Both the position numbers and the translations under genes were made by a program. Below the pieces are notes generated by a model. The model was given only the letters and a program-made list of their open reading frames with translations. It was not told the origin of the DNA and did no database searches. A stretch of 64,000 bases of DNA from an uncultured Gemmatimonadales bacterium (GTDB lineage: Bacteria > Gemmatimonadota > Gemmatimonadetes > Longimicrobiales > Gaopeijiaceae), in the NCBI GenBank assembly GCA_963823035.1, contig CAWGKG010000014.1, forward strand, positions 288,001 to 352,000, in the 5' to 3' direction. Positions 31,996 to 44,313 of this stretch are shown here, one piece after another (positions within the stretch are counted from its first letter, which is position 1; each line of letters begins with the position of its first letter).

Positions 31996-34408
31996 CTACT
32001 CCGAGCGGATCGCCCGGACCGGATCGGCGCGCGTGACGCGCCGTGCCGGCAGCCACGCGGCGACGGCCGCGGCGGCGGTGAGGACGAGGGCCGCGCCTCC
32101 GAGGCTCACCGGATCGGTGGGGCTCACCCCGTGCACCAGCCCCCGGGCGACCTGCGCGGCGAGCACTGCGGCGACAACTCCGACGCCGATTCCGATCAGC
32201 GCGACGCCGAGGCTGGCGCGGACCACCATCGCGACCACGTCGCCGGATGCGGCTCCGAGGGCCATGCGGATGCCCATCTCCCGCACCCGACGCGCCACCG
32301 AGTACGACACCACGGCGTAGACGCCCACGGCCGAGAGCGCCAGCGCGGCGAGCGCGAAGACCAGGATCACGAGCGCCTCGAAGCGCGGCTGTACGAGCAT
32401 GCGCGCTTCGGTGGCGACGAGCGGTCGGGCGGTGCCCACCGACAGGTCCGGGTCCACCTCGAGGAGCGCATCCTTGATGGGCTGCGCCAGTGCCGCCGGG
32501 TCGCCGGCCGTGCGCATGAGGAAGAAGGTCGCCGGCCGGCCGAGCTGCCGATTCGACCAGTATATCTCGGGATGCGGCGCCGCACCCGGCGTGAGGGGCT
32601 GCGCGTCGGCAACCACGCCCACCACGCGGAAGCTCCGCTCGAACTGGGGCACGCGCACGCTCCGACCCACCGCGCTCTCCCCCGGCCACGCGTTCCGCGC
32701 CATCGTCTGGTTGATCACGGCAACCGGCTCAGCGTCCAGGCCGTCGGCCTCGGTGATCTCACGCCCCTCGAGCATCGGGAGGCCGAGGGTGGCGAAGTAC
32801 CCCGGTCCCACGTCGAAATACCACACGGAGGGAAGCTGACCGCTCTCGTCGGCGCCCTCCACGACGTAGGGCAGAGCCCCGTCCCCGCCGCCGAAGAGGG
32901 GGCCGGCGGACGCCGTCGCGACGGAGATCACCCCCGGCACGCCGGCTACGCGCTCCTCCGCCTGTCGCCACATCGAGAAGAGCTGGGCGGCCGAGGTGTA
33001 CTTCCCACTGTTCGCGAAGGCGCTCATCGCCACCAACGAGCCGCGCTCGAAGCCCGGATCCCACGACAGGTAGCGGGCGAAGCTCCTGCCCAGGAGTCCC
33101 GCACCGAAGAGGAGAACGACGGAGAGGGCGAGCTCGGCCACCACCAGCGCGTTGCGCAGGCGGCTGGAGCCTCGCGTCTCGGCTTCCCGCGCGCCGGACT
33201 TGATCGTGCTCGCCAGATCCCAGGCGGTCACCCGCAGCGCCGGCAGCACCGCAAAGACCGCGGTCGCCACCACGGAGAGAAGGACGGCGAAACCGAACAC
33301 CCGGCCGTCCATGGCCACCTCGTCCATCCGCGGCATGGGCGGCGCGAACCGCAGGAGCAACTGGGTGGCTCCCGTCGCGAGACCGACCGCGAGCACCGTG
33401 GCCAGCCCGGTGAGCACGAGGCTCTCGCCGAGGATGCCCCGGACCAGCCGCCAGCGCTCCGCGCCCAGCGCGGCGCGCACGGCGAGCTCCTGCCGACGGC
33501 CGAGTCCACGTGCCAACAGCAGGTTGGCTACGTTGGCGCATACGATGAGCAGCAGCAAAACCGCTGCACCCAGGAAGGCCATCAACACCGGGCGCGTGTC
33601 GCCGACGACGACGTTCAGGAGCGACGCGACGCGCAGGCGCCACTCGTCGTTCACCTCCTCGTGCGTCGTGGCGATGCGCGCGTACAGCCCCTTGAGCTCC
33701 TCCTCCGCGGACGCCCGGGTCGCGCCGGGCGCGAGGTGGCCGATGGCGCGGAAGCCCCGCCATCCGCGCGCCTCCGGGTCGAGGAGCGGGTCGAAGTGCG
33801 GCGGCTTCCACAGCGGCACGTCGGCCATGTCGAAGGGGGCGCGGAAGCCTTCCGGGAGCACGCCGATCACCTCGTAGGGCTCTTCGTCCAGGCGGATCGT
33901 GGAGCCCACCACGGACGGATCGGCCCCGTAGCGTGTCGACCCAGAAGGCGTGGGCGAGGAGGACGACCTTGTCGCGGTCCGGCCCGTGCTCGTCGTCCGT
34001 GTAGAGCCGCCCGAGGATCGGGCGCACACCCAGGGCGCGCAGGAAGCCGGCGCTGGCGAGGCCCCCGGTGATCCCGCGTGCGCCCAGGTCGTCGGACAGG
34101 GCATAGGGCCACGTGCGGCCGATGCCGACATCGCTCAGCTCGTGCGACCCGAGGCGGAAGTCCTCGACGTTGCCCGGCGAGGCGATGCAGTAGCCCTCCA
34201 GCCGCGGGTGGTCCTCGCACACGATCACCAACCGGTCGGAATCCGGAAGGTCGAGCGGGCGGAAGACGATCGCGTCGACCACGGTGAAGATGGCCGTGGC
34301 CGCGGTCATCCCGATGGCGAGGATCAGGAGTGCGGGGAGCGTGAAGGCCGGGCTGCGCGTCAACGTCCGCAGCGAGAGTCCGATCGCACGCAACGTTCCA
34401 CCCATCAT
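31996..34408 (-). CDS. ADOP-type duplicated MacB/FtsX ABC permease (frameshift ~33935)
   Basis: SPAFT..LAIG..AIFTVVD, CANVANLLLARG, LVVAELALSVVLL.GAGLL, REMGIRMALGA, PARR....DP..AIRSE. Confidence 0.92.
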
Positions 34409-34536
34409 CCACCTCCGGATCACCTCGACGTGTGCGTCCTCTTCGAACCTATGGGACGCGCGGACGGGAGCCGCGAGTTTAGACCTGTGGGGAAATACCC
34501 GTGCCGCGATGTCCGTCTTTCGCCGAAGCGCGCTCC

Positions 34537-34599
34537 TCAGATCTTGCCGAGGATCCAGCTCAGGACGAGGCGGACGATGCGCTTCAGTAGGGTCATCAT
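34537..34599 (-). CDS. Putative 20-aa cationic amphipathic small peptide (MMTLLKRIVRLVLSWILGKI)
   Basis: ATG-TGA ORF with AGGA 6 nt upstream, GC3-rich codons, located in an intergenic gap. Confidence 0.4.
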   Translation of the reverse strand: MMTLLKRIVRLVLSWILGKI

Positions 34600-34733
34600 G
34601 CGGAGTCCTACGCACGGGCGGGCTCGAGGGTTTCCAGCAACGTCCACCGAAACGACTCCGTGCACGCTCTCGTAGGGTCCACCGCGGTCGCAGCACCGCT
34701 TCCGGCCACCCGAGAAAACGATGGGAGGATGGG

Positions 34734-34943
34734 ATGAGGAACCCGGGAACCGCCGCCGTGTTGAGCTTCATCCTGCCCGGCGTGGGCCAGATCTACAACG
34801 GGTGCATCTTCCGCGGGCTCTTCTGGCTCGTGGTCACCCCCGGCCTGTGGATCGGGAGTGGTGGCCTGTTGGGTTGGGTGTGCCACGTGGCCGCCGCCTA
34901 CACCGCTCACAGCTACGCCACGGACCATCCCGACCGGGACTGA
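34734..34943 (+). CDS. Small membrane protein (TM2/DUF5683-like)
   Basis: MRNPGTAAVLSFILPGVGQIYNG..; GGAGG RBS. Confidence 0.8.
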   Translation: MRNPGTAAVLSFILPGVGQIYNGCIFRGLFWLVVTPGLWIGSGGLLGWVCHVAAAYTAHSYATDHPDRD

Positions 34944-34956
34944 GCCCGCCGCGGTC

Positions 34957-35121
34957 TCAGGAGACTTGGCTAATCTCTAGCAGATGCCCGTCCGGATCGC
35001 GGAAGAAGGCTCGGATCTCTCCGCCCCGGTCTACCGGTGGCGAAAGGAATACGGCCCCGCGCTCCCTCAGGGTGTCATAGGCTGCCCGGCAGTCTGGAAC
35101 GCGCAGCGTGAGTTGGTGGCT
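34957..35121 (-). pseudogene. C-terminal remnant of a VOC/glyoxalase protein
   Basis: SHQLTLRVPDCRAAYDTLRERGAVFLSPPVDRGGEIRAFFRDPDGHLLEISQ; no N-terminal half or plausible start. Confidence 0.7.
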
Positions 35122-35241
35122 CGGCCCTCGTCTTGCAGGGGGGATTGCGGTTCGAAACGCCTCACACCCATTCTTGGCTCGTCCCGAGCCCCCCGCCCGG
35201 CCCGGTGCTCCTGCCCGGCTTGAACCCACAGGGACACCCTT

Positions 35242-35988
35242 ATGCGCCACATCGCGTCGGCCCTGGCCATCGCCGCAGCCCTCGGCGGCCCCCTCCAAGC
35301 TCAGAAGGCCGTCGACATCGGAACGGACCCGGGTGCGCCCACAGCTTTGATGGATGCATCCAACTACGCCGACTGGCGCAGCCAGACCTTTGTTGCCCGG
35401 GGTTCGTATCTCACCGGCCTTTCGTTCTGGTTCTACGGTGGGACTTTGGGCGGTCCGAGCGACGAGGCCTTCTACAGCAGGCTCTATATCAACTCCGGGA
35501 CCGACTTCCTCGAAGGGCCTGAACTCTTCGAGGACCAACTGGATCAGTCCCACGAAGGCAGGTACGACTTCCTCTTCGACGACCTGGCAGTCGTCTTCGG
35601 GGCTTCCTACACGTTCTCGATCTTCACCAACAACTGCGGCCCCGCCGATGAAGTGGGGCCCCTGACGTGCCCCGTGCCTATCACCGGCGTCTACAGCGAC
35701 CCCCATCTTGAGGTGACGACCTCGGATGCCTATGGGCACGGGTATCTCATCCACGGACGCGAAGGCCCGCTCTACGATCAGGACATGCGCTTCCGGGCCA
35801 CCTTCCTGACGCCGGAGCCTTCGAGCCTTCTGCTGCTCGCCACCGGTCTGCTGGGTCTTGGCTTCGCCGCGCGAAAGCGATCCCGCGCCGAACGAGGGCG
35901 GAGGCGGAACTGCCCTCTCCCCAGCCGCTCCGGGTACCCGCGCGCGCCGCGGGTCGCGGGGTGCTCCCCTTCTTCAACAGCCTTCCAG

Positions 35989-35991
<3 letters not shown>
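35242..35991 (+). CDS. PEP-CTERM sorting-signal protein (natural stop probably near 35891)
   Basis: Signal peptide; TPEPSSLLLLATGLLGLGFAARKR; hairpin gagggcgg..ctgccctc just after, suggesting the stop was lost to an indel. Confidence 0.85.
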
Positions 35992-36061
<70 letters not shown>

Positions 36062-36149
36062 GTGAGGGCACCTACCGCTCGACGCGGCCGTCGGCGCCCG
36101 AGCACCAAGATAGGCGAGCGCGACCGATCGTGAAGGTCGCGCTCGCTCC

Positions 36150-38620
36150 TCAGAGCGCGAGCTCCACGCGCACGACGCCCACCTCACCCGGGAGCACACG
36201 GCTGGTGAAGCCGAGCGAGCGCACGAGCCGGAGCATCGGCGTGTTGTCGGCGAGCACGTCGCCGAACACGCGCTTCATCCCCCGCGTGCGAGCGTAGCCC
36301 ACGATACGCTCCATCAGAAAGCGCCCGAGCCCCCGGCGCGTCTGGTTGCGCGCGACGAGGATCGCGTACTCTCCGTTCTCGTTGTCCGGATCGGAGATGA
36401 GCTGCACGAGCCCGTGGATCGGGGTGGCGCCGGGCACGCCGGGCTCGGTGAGCACCAGGACCATCTCCCGATCGTAGTCGATCTGCGTGAAGCGCGCCGT
36501 ATTCCGGTGCGAGAAGGCCTTCCGCGGCACGAAGAAGCGAAGCCGCACCTCCTCGGGGGTGAGGGCGTCGAAGAGCCGCTGGAGCTCGGGCTCGTCCTCC
36601 GGGAGGATGGGTCGGAGCACGAGGTCGTCGTCCTCCAGCACATCCACCTCCGCCTCCAGCTCCTTGGGATAGGGGCGGATCGCCAGGCGCGGCGAAGGCG
36701 CGCTCGACGCGGGGCGTACTTGCATGCGCACGCCGCCCACCTGGATCCCGCCCGCGCACACCTCGACAGGGTCGAGGGAGAGGGCCCGAAGCTGAGGGAG
36801 GTCCACCACGAGCTGGGACACCTTCACGAGCGTGAGCGCGGCGGCCTCGAAACCGGCCCCGGAGGCGTCGGGGCTCCCCTCGAGCACGCGCCCCAGGCGC
36901 GTCCGCTCCATGAGGGCGTGGGCCAACCTCAGGTTCAGCGGTGGAAACCCGATGGCGGCGTCCTGGGCGACCTCGGCCGCGCCACCCCCCTGGCCGAAGA
37001 GGACGACGGGCCCGAACTGCGCGTCCTCGCGCACCTCGATGCGCGCCGACTTGCGCGGCTCGCCGGTGGCGCGGACGCTCCCGCGCCCTCACCGGCAGGG
37101 ATGGCGTACGCCGCCAGGACGCGACGTGCCTCCGCCGCCGTCAGCTCGTCGCGACCCTCGGCGAGCGCGGCATCGATCACTCGGCTCGCCGTACCCGGTT
37201 CCGGCTGGAAGCCCTCCGGCAGCGACGGCGGCGTCTCGAGCAGCATGTCCTGCCTCACCCCGTGCTCCACCATCTGCATGAACGCGAGGATCGCCCGCTC
37301 GGGCGTGTCGTAGGACGGCACCCCGGCCTCGCGCAGAACGGCCTGCGCCTCGGGCGTCGTGGCGGCTCCGACCCAGCTCGCCAGCAGGGTCTTGCCCCGA
37401 CGCGCCACCATGACGTTGGCAACGGCCTGCGCGGCCTCCACCCGGCTGCCGATCGAGGTCGGGCAGTTGATGACCAGCACCGCGTCGACGCCCGGATCCT
37501 CCAGCATCACGCGAAGCACCGCTTCGTAGCGACCGCCGGAGGCGTCTCCCTGGACGTCGACGGGGTTCTCCCCCTTCCATACGCCGGTCAGGATCCCGGC
37601 GATGGCTTCGGTGCTCGCCTCGGACAGCTTCGCGAGGCGCCCCCCCGCCTCCCCGAGCGCGTCGGCGGCCAGGACGCCGAGGCCGCCGCCGTTGGTGACG
37701 ATGGCCAGGCGGCTTCCCCGGTGCCGCCGGGCGAGCGACAGCGTCTCCACCGCCCCGAACAGCTCCTCGAGCGTGTACACCCGGAGGATGCCGGAGCGGC
37801 GGAACGCCGCGTCGTAGACGGCGTCCGATCCCGCCACGGCTCCCGAGTGGGACGCCGCGGCCTTCCTGCCCGCTTCGAAGCGTCCCGCCTTCACGGCGAG
37901 CACCGGCTTGACGCGCGCCGCGGCACGCGCGGCCGACATGAACTTCCGCGAATGGCGGATACCCTCCACGTAGAGGAGGATGGCGTCCGTGCGCGGATCG
38001 GTCGCCAGGTAGTCGAGCATGTCGCCGAAGTCGACGTCCAGCATGTCCCCGAGCGAGACGAGGTGGGAAAACCCGAGCGCCCTGGGCTCGGCCCAGTCCT
38101 GGACGGCTTCGACGATCGCCCCCGACTGGGCGACGAACGCCAGCGCTCCCCCGGAGGAGGCCAGGTGCGAGAAGCTCGCGTTCAGGCGCGTCGGCGGCGC
38201 GAGCACGCCGAGGGACCCGGGGCCGATGATGCGCACCCCATGCGGACGCGCTGCCTCGCCGAGCGCCCGGCCCAGGGCCTCTCGCTCCGCTTCATCGACC
38301 ACGGAGCCGATGCCCGCGGTCACGATGACGACGGCCCGCGTGCCCCGCTCCCCGAGCCTCGCTACGATGTCGGGGATGGTCCGCGGGGGGGTGGCGATCA
38401 CGGCCAGCTCAGGCGCCTCGGGAAGCTCCTCGACCGACGCCACGCTGCGCACGCCGAAGATGACGCGACGCTTGAGATTGACGAACGAGAGGGCGTCGCC
38501 GAACCCCCCTGCCTGCAGATTGCGGGCCAGCACGTTCCCCACGGACCCGCGTCGGGAGCTGGCCCCTACCAGCGTGACCGAGCGCGGACGGAAGAACGAC
38601 CTCAGATTGCGGATGCTCAA
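36150..38620 (-). CDS. Pat/PatZ-type protein lysine acetyltransferase (acyl-CoA-synthetase-like + GNAT) (frameshift ~37080)
   Basis: SIRNL..FFRPRS..LVGAS, SHLVSLGDMLDVDFGDMLDYL, FMSAARAAAR.KPV, TNGGG, RLAIRPYP, RPI.PEDE, FTQIDYDREM, RRGLG. Confidence 0.9.
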
Positions 38621-38648
38621 CAGTCGCGCCGCGGAAAAGAGAGGAAGG

Positions 38649-40305
38649 GTGACGGACGCGTGGACGGGGATTCGGGCCGAGCTTGGCATGACGGCCGACG
38701 CCCCTGGGAATATCACGGCATGGACGTTGACTCGCCACGCGCGGAGCGGTGACCGGAACCGCGTCGCCCTGGTGTGGCGTCCGCGTTCCGGGCCCTCCGG
38801 CTCGTACACGTACGGCGACCTCGACCGCGCCGTGAGTCGCTTCGCCAGCGGAATCCTGCGGGAAGGGTTGGAGACGGGGCGAGACCGTGGCCATCCTGGC
38901 GGGGCGCATCCCGGAGCTCGTGGTCGCGGTATTGGGGGCGCTTCGCGCGGGCGCGGTGCCCACGGTTCTCTTCTCGTCCCACGGCCCCGACCCGGTCCGG
39001 CGGCGCCTCGCCCGGGGAAGGGCGCGCCTGCTCGTGACCACGCCGCGTCTCTACCGCGACAAGGTCGCCACCGCCCGCGCCGGTCTTCCCGAGCTGACGC
39101 GCGTGCTGGTCGTCGACGGCCCGGGCCGCCTGGCCGCCACGACCGCCCAGCACGAGCTGCCGGAGGGGACCGAGGACTTCGGCGCCTGGCTCGCACGCGG
39201 GGAGGAGACGGTCGACGACGCGCCGGTGCGCGCGACCCACCCCGCCCTGCTCCACTTCACCAGCGGGACCACGGGCGAGCCGAAGGCGGTGGTGCACGCG
39301 CACGAGGCCATCGTCGCGCATGCGCACACCTCACGCCATGTGCTGGGCGTGGAGGCGGGCACCCGTTTCTGGTGCACCGCGGACCCGGGTTGGGTGACCG
39401 GCATATCGTACGGCATCCTGGGCCCCCTCAGCCTCGGCGCGACGCTGTTCATGGACGAGGAGGACTTCGACGCGCACCGATGGTGGGAGAACATGGCGGA
39501 GAAGGGCATCGAGGTCCTCTACACCTCGCCGATCGAGCTCCGCCTCCTCCGCCTGATGGGCCCTTCGGTCGAGCGCGACCCGCTCCCCGACCTGCGGAGC
39601 GTCTTCTCCGCCGGGGAGCCGCTGGCGCGGACCGAGATGGACTGGGCGCGGCAGGCGCTCGGGAGGCCCGTCCACGACAGCTGGTGGCAGACCGAGACCG
39701 GCTCGATCGTTCTGGCTACGCGGTACGACGAGATCCCGCGCGCGGGACGGATCGGCCACGCGGTGGACGGATTCGAGGTCGCCTGCCTGCGTCGCACCCG
39801 CACCGGCGTCGAGCGCGTGGCGCCGGGCGAGCAGGGGGAGGTGGCGCTACGCGCCGGATGGCCGTCGATGTTCCACACCTACCTCGATCGGCCGGAGCTC
39901 TATGGGGACAGCTTCCAGGACGGCTGGTACCTCTCGGGCGATCTCGCCGCGATGGACGAGGACGGGTGGGTGACCTTCCACGGCCGGCAGGGTGACGTGT
40001 TCAAGGCGGCGGGACACGTCGTCTCGCCCGCCGAGGTCGAGGAGGCGCTGCTTGGGCATCCCGCCGTCGCCGACGTGGGGGTGTGGGCACGTGAGGACCC
40101 GGTGGTCGGCAACCTGATCGAGGCGCACGTGGTCCTCTCCGAGGGCCGGCGCGACGGGGAGGAGCTTCGCCGGGAGATCCTCGGCTTCGCGCGCGGACGA
40201 CTGGGACCGGCGCTCGCGCCGCGGGCGCTGCAGGTTCTGGAGAGCCTCCCGCGCACACCCTCCGGAAAGATCGTCCGGCGTGCGTTGGGTGTCGCCGGGG
40301 CCTGA
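38649..40305 (+). CDS. Acetyl-CoA synthetase / AMP-forming acyl-CoA ligase (AcsA-like) (frameshift ~38880)
   Basis: HFTSGTTGEPK, WCTADPGWVTG.SYG, SAGEPL, WWQTETG, WYLSGD, PRTPSGKIVRR. Confidence 0.9.
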
Positions 40306-40315
40306 GCTCCGGATT

Positions 40316-40729
40316 TCAGCCCGCGCTGCGCTCCGGTCCCTGGGTCAAGCGGCGCCCCATCCATCCCCCCGCCATGGCGGCGACCAGCTGCACGAGGATG
40401 ATGCCGAGCACGGAGCGCGTCGGTCCCGACCACTGCTGGACGCTTCCGGGCGCCGCGACGCTCCCGGCGAACCCGACCAGGACGCTGAGCAAGGTGATCG
40501 CGCCGCCGTGCAGGATGGGCGCGTCACTCCACTGGACACCGACGAACAACCCGCCCGCGAAGAACCCCACCGCCATCGCGATCACGACGCCGACCGCGGT
40601 GCCGGCACCGGCGGGAAGGACACCGATACCCACCATCGCCAGATAGACCGCCGAAGTGACCGCGATCGCGACCAGCCATCCGCCGACAACCCAGCCGGGG
40701 TGGAGGTTGCGCAGATGCTCCGAGTGCAT
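40316..40729 (-). CDS. Hypothetical 4-TM membrane protein
   Basis: Four hydrophobic segments; GGGAGG RBS. Confidence 0.7.
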   Translation of the reverse strand: MHSEHLRNLHPGWVVGGWLVAIAVTSAVYLAMVGIGVLPAGAGTAVGVVIAMAVGFFAGGLFVGVQWSDAPILHGGAITLLSVLVGFAGSVAAPGSVQQWSGPTRSVLGIILVQLVAAMAGGWMGRRLTQGPERSAG

Positions 40730-40811
40730 GGTCCCTCCCAGGAGGTGTGGCCACCTGCTGAAGTCTAGCGCTTCCGTGGTAGAATTACGAGCCCCTCGGG
40801 CGGGCAGCGCG

Positions 40812-41463
40812 TCAGATCTCCAGCTCGAGCTGCAGCCCCCCGAACGTCAGACGGTGGTGCGGGGTCAGCCCGAGAGCGTCGATCGCCCCTCGGTGCGCCG
40901 GCGTGCCGTAGCCGACGTTCGTCTCCCAGCCGTAGCCCGGGTACCGGCGCGCCAGACGTCGCATGAGCCGGTCGCGCACGACCTTGGCCACGATCGAAGC
41001 ACAGGAGATCGAGTGGATGAGCGCGTCGCCGTCGACGACCGCCTCGTGCGCCCACGCCAGGTTCTTCACGGGATTGCCGTCCACGACCACGTGGTCCGGA
41101 GAGCGGGTCAGACGCGCCAGCGCGCGTCCCATCGCCTTCGTGGTGGCCTGGAGGATGTTGATGCGATCGATCTCGCGCACCGACGCAGCGCCCACGCCCA
41201 CGCACAGGGCCGTCGTCATGATCTGCGCGAAGAGCTCTTCCCGGACGTCGCCGCGTGAGCTGCTTGGAGTCGTCGGCCCCCAGGACGCAGGTGTCGATGG
41301 GAAGGATGACGGCGGCCGCGACCACAGGCCCCGCGAGCGGTCCGCGCCCCGCCTCGTCCACCCCTGCCACCAAAAGACCGCGGCCCCAGAAGCCGCGCTC
41401 GTAGTCGAGGAGGCTCTGGAGCCGCACGGCTTCCAGCTCCGGCGTCGTCGGCCGGTGCGCCAT
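40812..41463 (-). CDS. rnhB: Ribonuclease HII (frameshift ~41245)
   Basis: [56 protein letters not shown]. Confidence 0.95.
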
Positions 41464-41816
41464 CAGTGGGTCGTGCGCTTCTCCGCGATGCGCGCGGCCT
41501 TCCCGCGGCGACCCCTGAGGTAGTAGAGCTTCGCCCGACGGACCCGGCCCCGACGCACCACGTCGATGCTCTGGACGGTGGGTGCGTGAAGCGGGAAGAT
41601 GCGCTCGACACCGATGCCGCTCGAGATCTTGCGAACCGTGAAGGTCTCGGCCAGGCCGCCGTTCTTGCGGGCGATGCAGACGCCCTCGAAGGCCTGGATG
41701 CGCTCCTTGGCTCCCTCGCGCACACGGTAGTTGACCCGAACGGTGTCGCCGGGAGCGAAGTCGGGCGCGTCGTCCCGGAGCTGCTCTTGCTCGAACTGTT
41801 GAATGACGTCAGCCAT
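41463..41816 (-). CDS. rplS: 50S ribosomal protein L19
   Basis: [50 protein letters not shown]. Confidence 0.98.
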   Translation of the reverse strand: MADVIQQFEQEQLRDDAPDFAPGDTVRVNYRVREGAKERIQAFEGVCIARKNGGLAETFTVRKISSGIGVERIFPLHAPTVQSIDVVRRGRVRRAKLYYLRGRRGKAARIAEKRTTH

Positions 41817-41874
41817 CGTCGCCTCCCATGACACGGACCGGCCCGGACGGACCGGGGTTTGCGGAGAGACCGCT

Positions 41875-41903
41875 AATCTAATGCACGTGCGGGGGGCGGT
41901 GAA
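41875..41903 (-). promoter_or_regulatory. Putative sigma-70 promoter for rplS-rnhB
   Basis: Minus strand TTCACC-N17-TAGATT. Confidence 0.5.
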
Positions 41904-41985
41904 GTCCCGGGCCTCCGCGGGCGGGAGTGGCCCCGGGGCCTCCGAGCGTGCAGAATCAGCGTCGAACCTCCTGACGGGAGACCGC

Positions 41986-43095
41986 ATGCGCCTTCATCCT
42001 TATCGCTCCACCCTCGCCCGACGCGCCCTTCTGCTGGTCGCCCTCCTCCCCGTGAGCGGCGCCTGCGCGGGCGCCGACGAGGCGGGCACGTCGGCGACCG
42101 CGGTCGCCGACGCCGCGGAGTCCCGGCCGGACCGGCTACGGCGCCTCCTGGGCGCCCTGGCCGACGACTCGATGCGCGGGCGTCGCATGGGCAGCCCCGA
42201 GAACGCGCAGGCCGCCCGTTTCCTCGCCGCGGAGCTCGAGCGGTACGGGGTGCGCCCGGGCGTGGACGGGGCGTTCCTCCAACCCGTACCGCTGGCGCGG
42301 ATCCGGCGGAACGGGCGTACCCGGCTGGCGATCCCATCGACGACGCTCGACTTCGACACGCTGCCCGCGGAAGCGCTCGTCGAGGGGGAGGCGAACGTGG
42401 TCGGCATCATCCCGGGCTCGGACCCTGCCATGGCGGGCGAGGTGGTGGTGATCGGCGCGCACTTCGACCACGTGGGGGTCGGCGCGGCCGTAGACGGCGA
42501 TTCGATCTACAACGGCGCCGACGACGACGCGAGCGGCACCGTGGCGATTCTGGAGGTGGCACGCGAGCTTGCGCGGGATCCGACGCGGCGCACCGTGGTG
42601 GTGTTCCTCGCCACCGGCGAGGAGGCCGGGCTGGTCGGCACGTCGTGGTATATGGAGCATCCTTCGGTACCGCTCGACCGCACGGTAGCGGACTTTCAGA
42701 TCGAGATGATCGGACGGCCCGACTCGCTCGCCGGCGGAACCGGTCGCGCCTGGCTCACCGGCTACGAGCGCACGACCCTGGGCGACCAGCTCTCCGAGGC
42801 GAGCTGGGAGGGAGGGGGCTCACCGATCGTCCCCGATCCGCGGCCCGGACAGCGCTTCTTCTTCCGGAGCGACAACATCCCCTTCGCGCTGGCGGGCATC
42901 CCCGCGCATACGCTGTCGTCCTACAACCTCCACGACGACTACCACGCGCCGAGCGACGAGGTGGGGGGCATCGACTTCGCGCACCTGACCGCCGTGGTCG
43001 GTGCCGCGATCCAGGCGGTGCGCTTCATCGCGGACGGACCGAGGCCGGAGTGGAAGCCGGGCGGCCGGGAAGACTTCCCCGTCAGTCGTCGATGA
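41986..43095 (+). CDS. M28 family peptidase (probable lipoprotein)
   Basis: [49 protein letters not shown]. Confidence 0.92.
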   Translation: MRLHPYRSTLARRALLLVALLPVSGACAGADEAGTSATAVADAAESRPDRLRRLLGALADDSMRGRRMGSPENAQAARFLAAELERYGVRPGVDGAFLQPVPLARIRRNGRTRLAIPSTTLDFDTLPAEALVEGEANVVGIIPGSDPAMAGEVVVIGAHFDHVGVGAAVDGDSIYNGADDDASGTVAILEVARELARDPTRRTVVVFLATGEEAGLVGTSWYMEHPSVPLDRTVADFQIEMIGRPDSLAGGTGRAWLTGYERTTLGDQLSEASWEGGGSPIVPDPRPGQRFFFRSDNIPFALAGIPAHTLSSYNLHDDYHAPSDEVGGIDFAHLTAVVGAAIQAVRFIADGPRPEWKPGGREDFPVSRR

Positions 43096-43756
43096 GCTCG
43101 GGGCGGCGGGCGCGCGTCAGCCGCTCCGCCGCCGCCTCCCTCCACGCCTCGATACGCGCGTGGTCGCCGGAGCGCAGCACGTCCGGAACGGCGTGGCCGC
43201 GGTAGGTGGGCGGTCGGGTGTAGCTCGGGGCGCTCAGCGTGCGGCCGTCGTAGAAGGAATCCGACGACGCGGCCTCGTGATCCCCCATCGCGCCCGGAAG
43301 GAGACGCACCACCGCGTCGGTCACGGCGAGCGCCCCGATCTCGCCCCCGGACAGGACGAAATCGCCGAGCGACAGCTCGTCGGTCACGAGGTGGTCGGCC
43401 ACGCGCTGGTCGACGTCCTTGTAGTGGCCGCACAGGAAGGTGAGCTCGGGCTCGACCGCGAAGCGCACCGCGTCCTGGTGACTGAAGGGCCGTCCGCGCG
43501 CCGAGAGGAGTACGATCGGCCCGGACGGGCGCAGGTCGTCCACCGCCTCGAAGAACGGCTCGGGCTTCATGATCATCCCGGCGCCGCCGCCGTAGGGGAC
43601 GTCGTCCACCGTGCGATGGCGGTCGTGCGTATAGCCGCGCAGGTCGACCAGGCGATACGTCACCAGCCCGGCCTCCGCCGCGCGCTTCGGGATCGACAGC
43701 CCGAGCGGCCCGGTGAAGAAGTCCGGGAAGATCGTGACGATGTTGATCCGCATCAC
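43082..43756 (-). CDS. trmD: tRNA (guanine37-N1)-methyltransferase
   Basis: VDDVPYGGGAGM, LCGHY..VDQRV, SLGDFVLSGGE, YTRP, VPDVL.SGDH. Confidence 0.97.
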   Translation of the reverse strand: MMRINIVTIFPDFFTGPLGLSIPKRAAEAGLVTYRLVDLRGYTHDRHRTVDDVPYGGGAGMIMKPEPFFEAVDDLRPSGPIVLLSARGRPFSHQDAVRFAVEPELTFLCGHYKDVDQRVADHLVTDELSLGDFVLSGGEIGALAVTDAVVRLLPGAMGDHEAASSDSFYDGRTLSAPSYTRPPTYRGHAVPDVLRSGDHARIEAWREAAAERLTRARRPELIDD

Positions 43757-44295
43757 AGCTCCAGCAGCCCGGCGGGCGGGTCGATCACCAACCGCCCGCG
43801 CTCGCGGTCGATCTCGACCACGATCTCCTTGCGAAGGGGGATCATGTAGGTGTGACCGTCACCCCGCACCTCGAGGAGGTCGGTGGGCGTGAGCTCGTAG
43901 ACCTCCACGACGCGGCCGAGCTCGACGCCGTCCACCGTGCGCACCTCGCTCCCGAGGAGCTGGTGGTAGAAGATCTCGCCCTCCTCGAGCGGCGCGACTT
44001 CCTCCATGCCGCGCACGAGGTAGCGGCCGCGAAGGACCTCGGCCTCGCTACGGGTCTCGACGCCACCGAAGGAGACCAGGTACCCGTTCTGGAAGGGGCG
44101 TGCGGATACGACGCGCAGCGGAGGAAGCGACGGGTCCGGGGCACGAGCGGCCGCGTCTCCCGGAAGCAGGACCACCCCGGGGGCGAAGGTGCCCTCGGGG
44201 TGGTCGGTCAGCGGCCAGACGTACAGCTCGCCGTGGATGCCGTGGGCCTTGGAGAGGTACCCGACGACGAGGAAGCCCGGGTCGGTGCGACCCAT
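43753..44295 (-). CDS. rimM: Ribosome maturation factor RimM
   Basis: VG...KAHGIHGE, LEEGEIFYHQLLG, IDPPAGLLEL; lies between rpsP and trmD. Confidence 0.95.
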   Translation of the reverse strand: MGRTDPGFLVVGYLSKAHGIHGELYVWPLTDHPEGTFAPGVVLLPGDAAARAPDPSLPPLRVVSARPFQNGYLVSFGGVETRSEAEVLRGRYLVRGMEEVAPLEEGEIFYHQLLGSEVRTVDGVELGRVVEVYELTPTDLLEVRGDGHTYMIPLRKEIVVEIDRERGRLVIDPPAGLLEL

Positions 44296-44313
44296 GGTTC
44301 CGTTGTCCGAGGG

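Noticed and set aside
35138..35230. Degenerate att / tRNA-end duplication (ggttcgaa, ggcttgaacc)
   Set aside because: Matches to the tRNA-Lys 3' end are too short to be meaningful.
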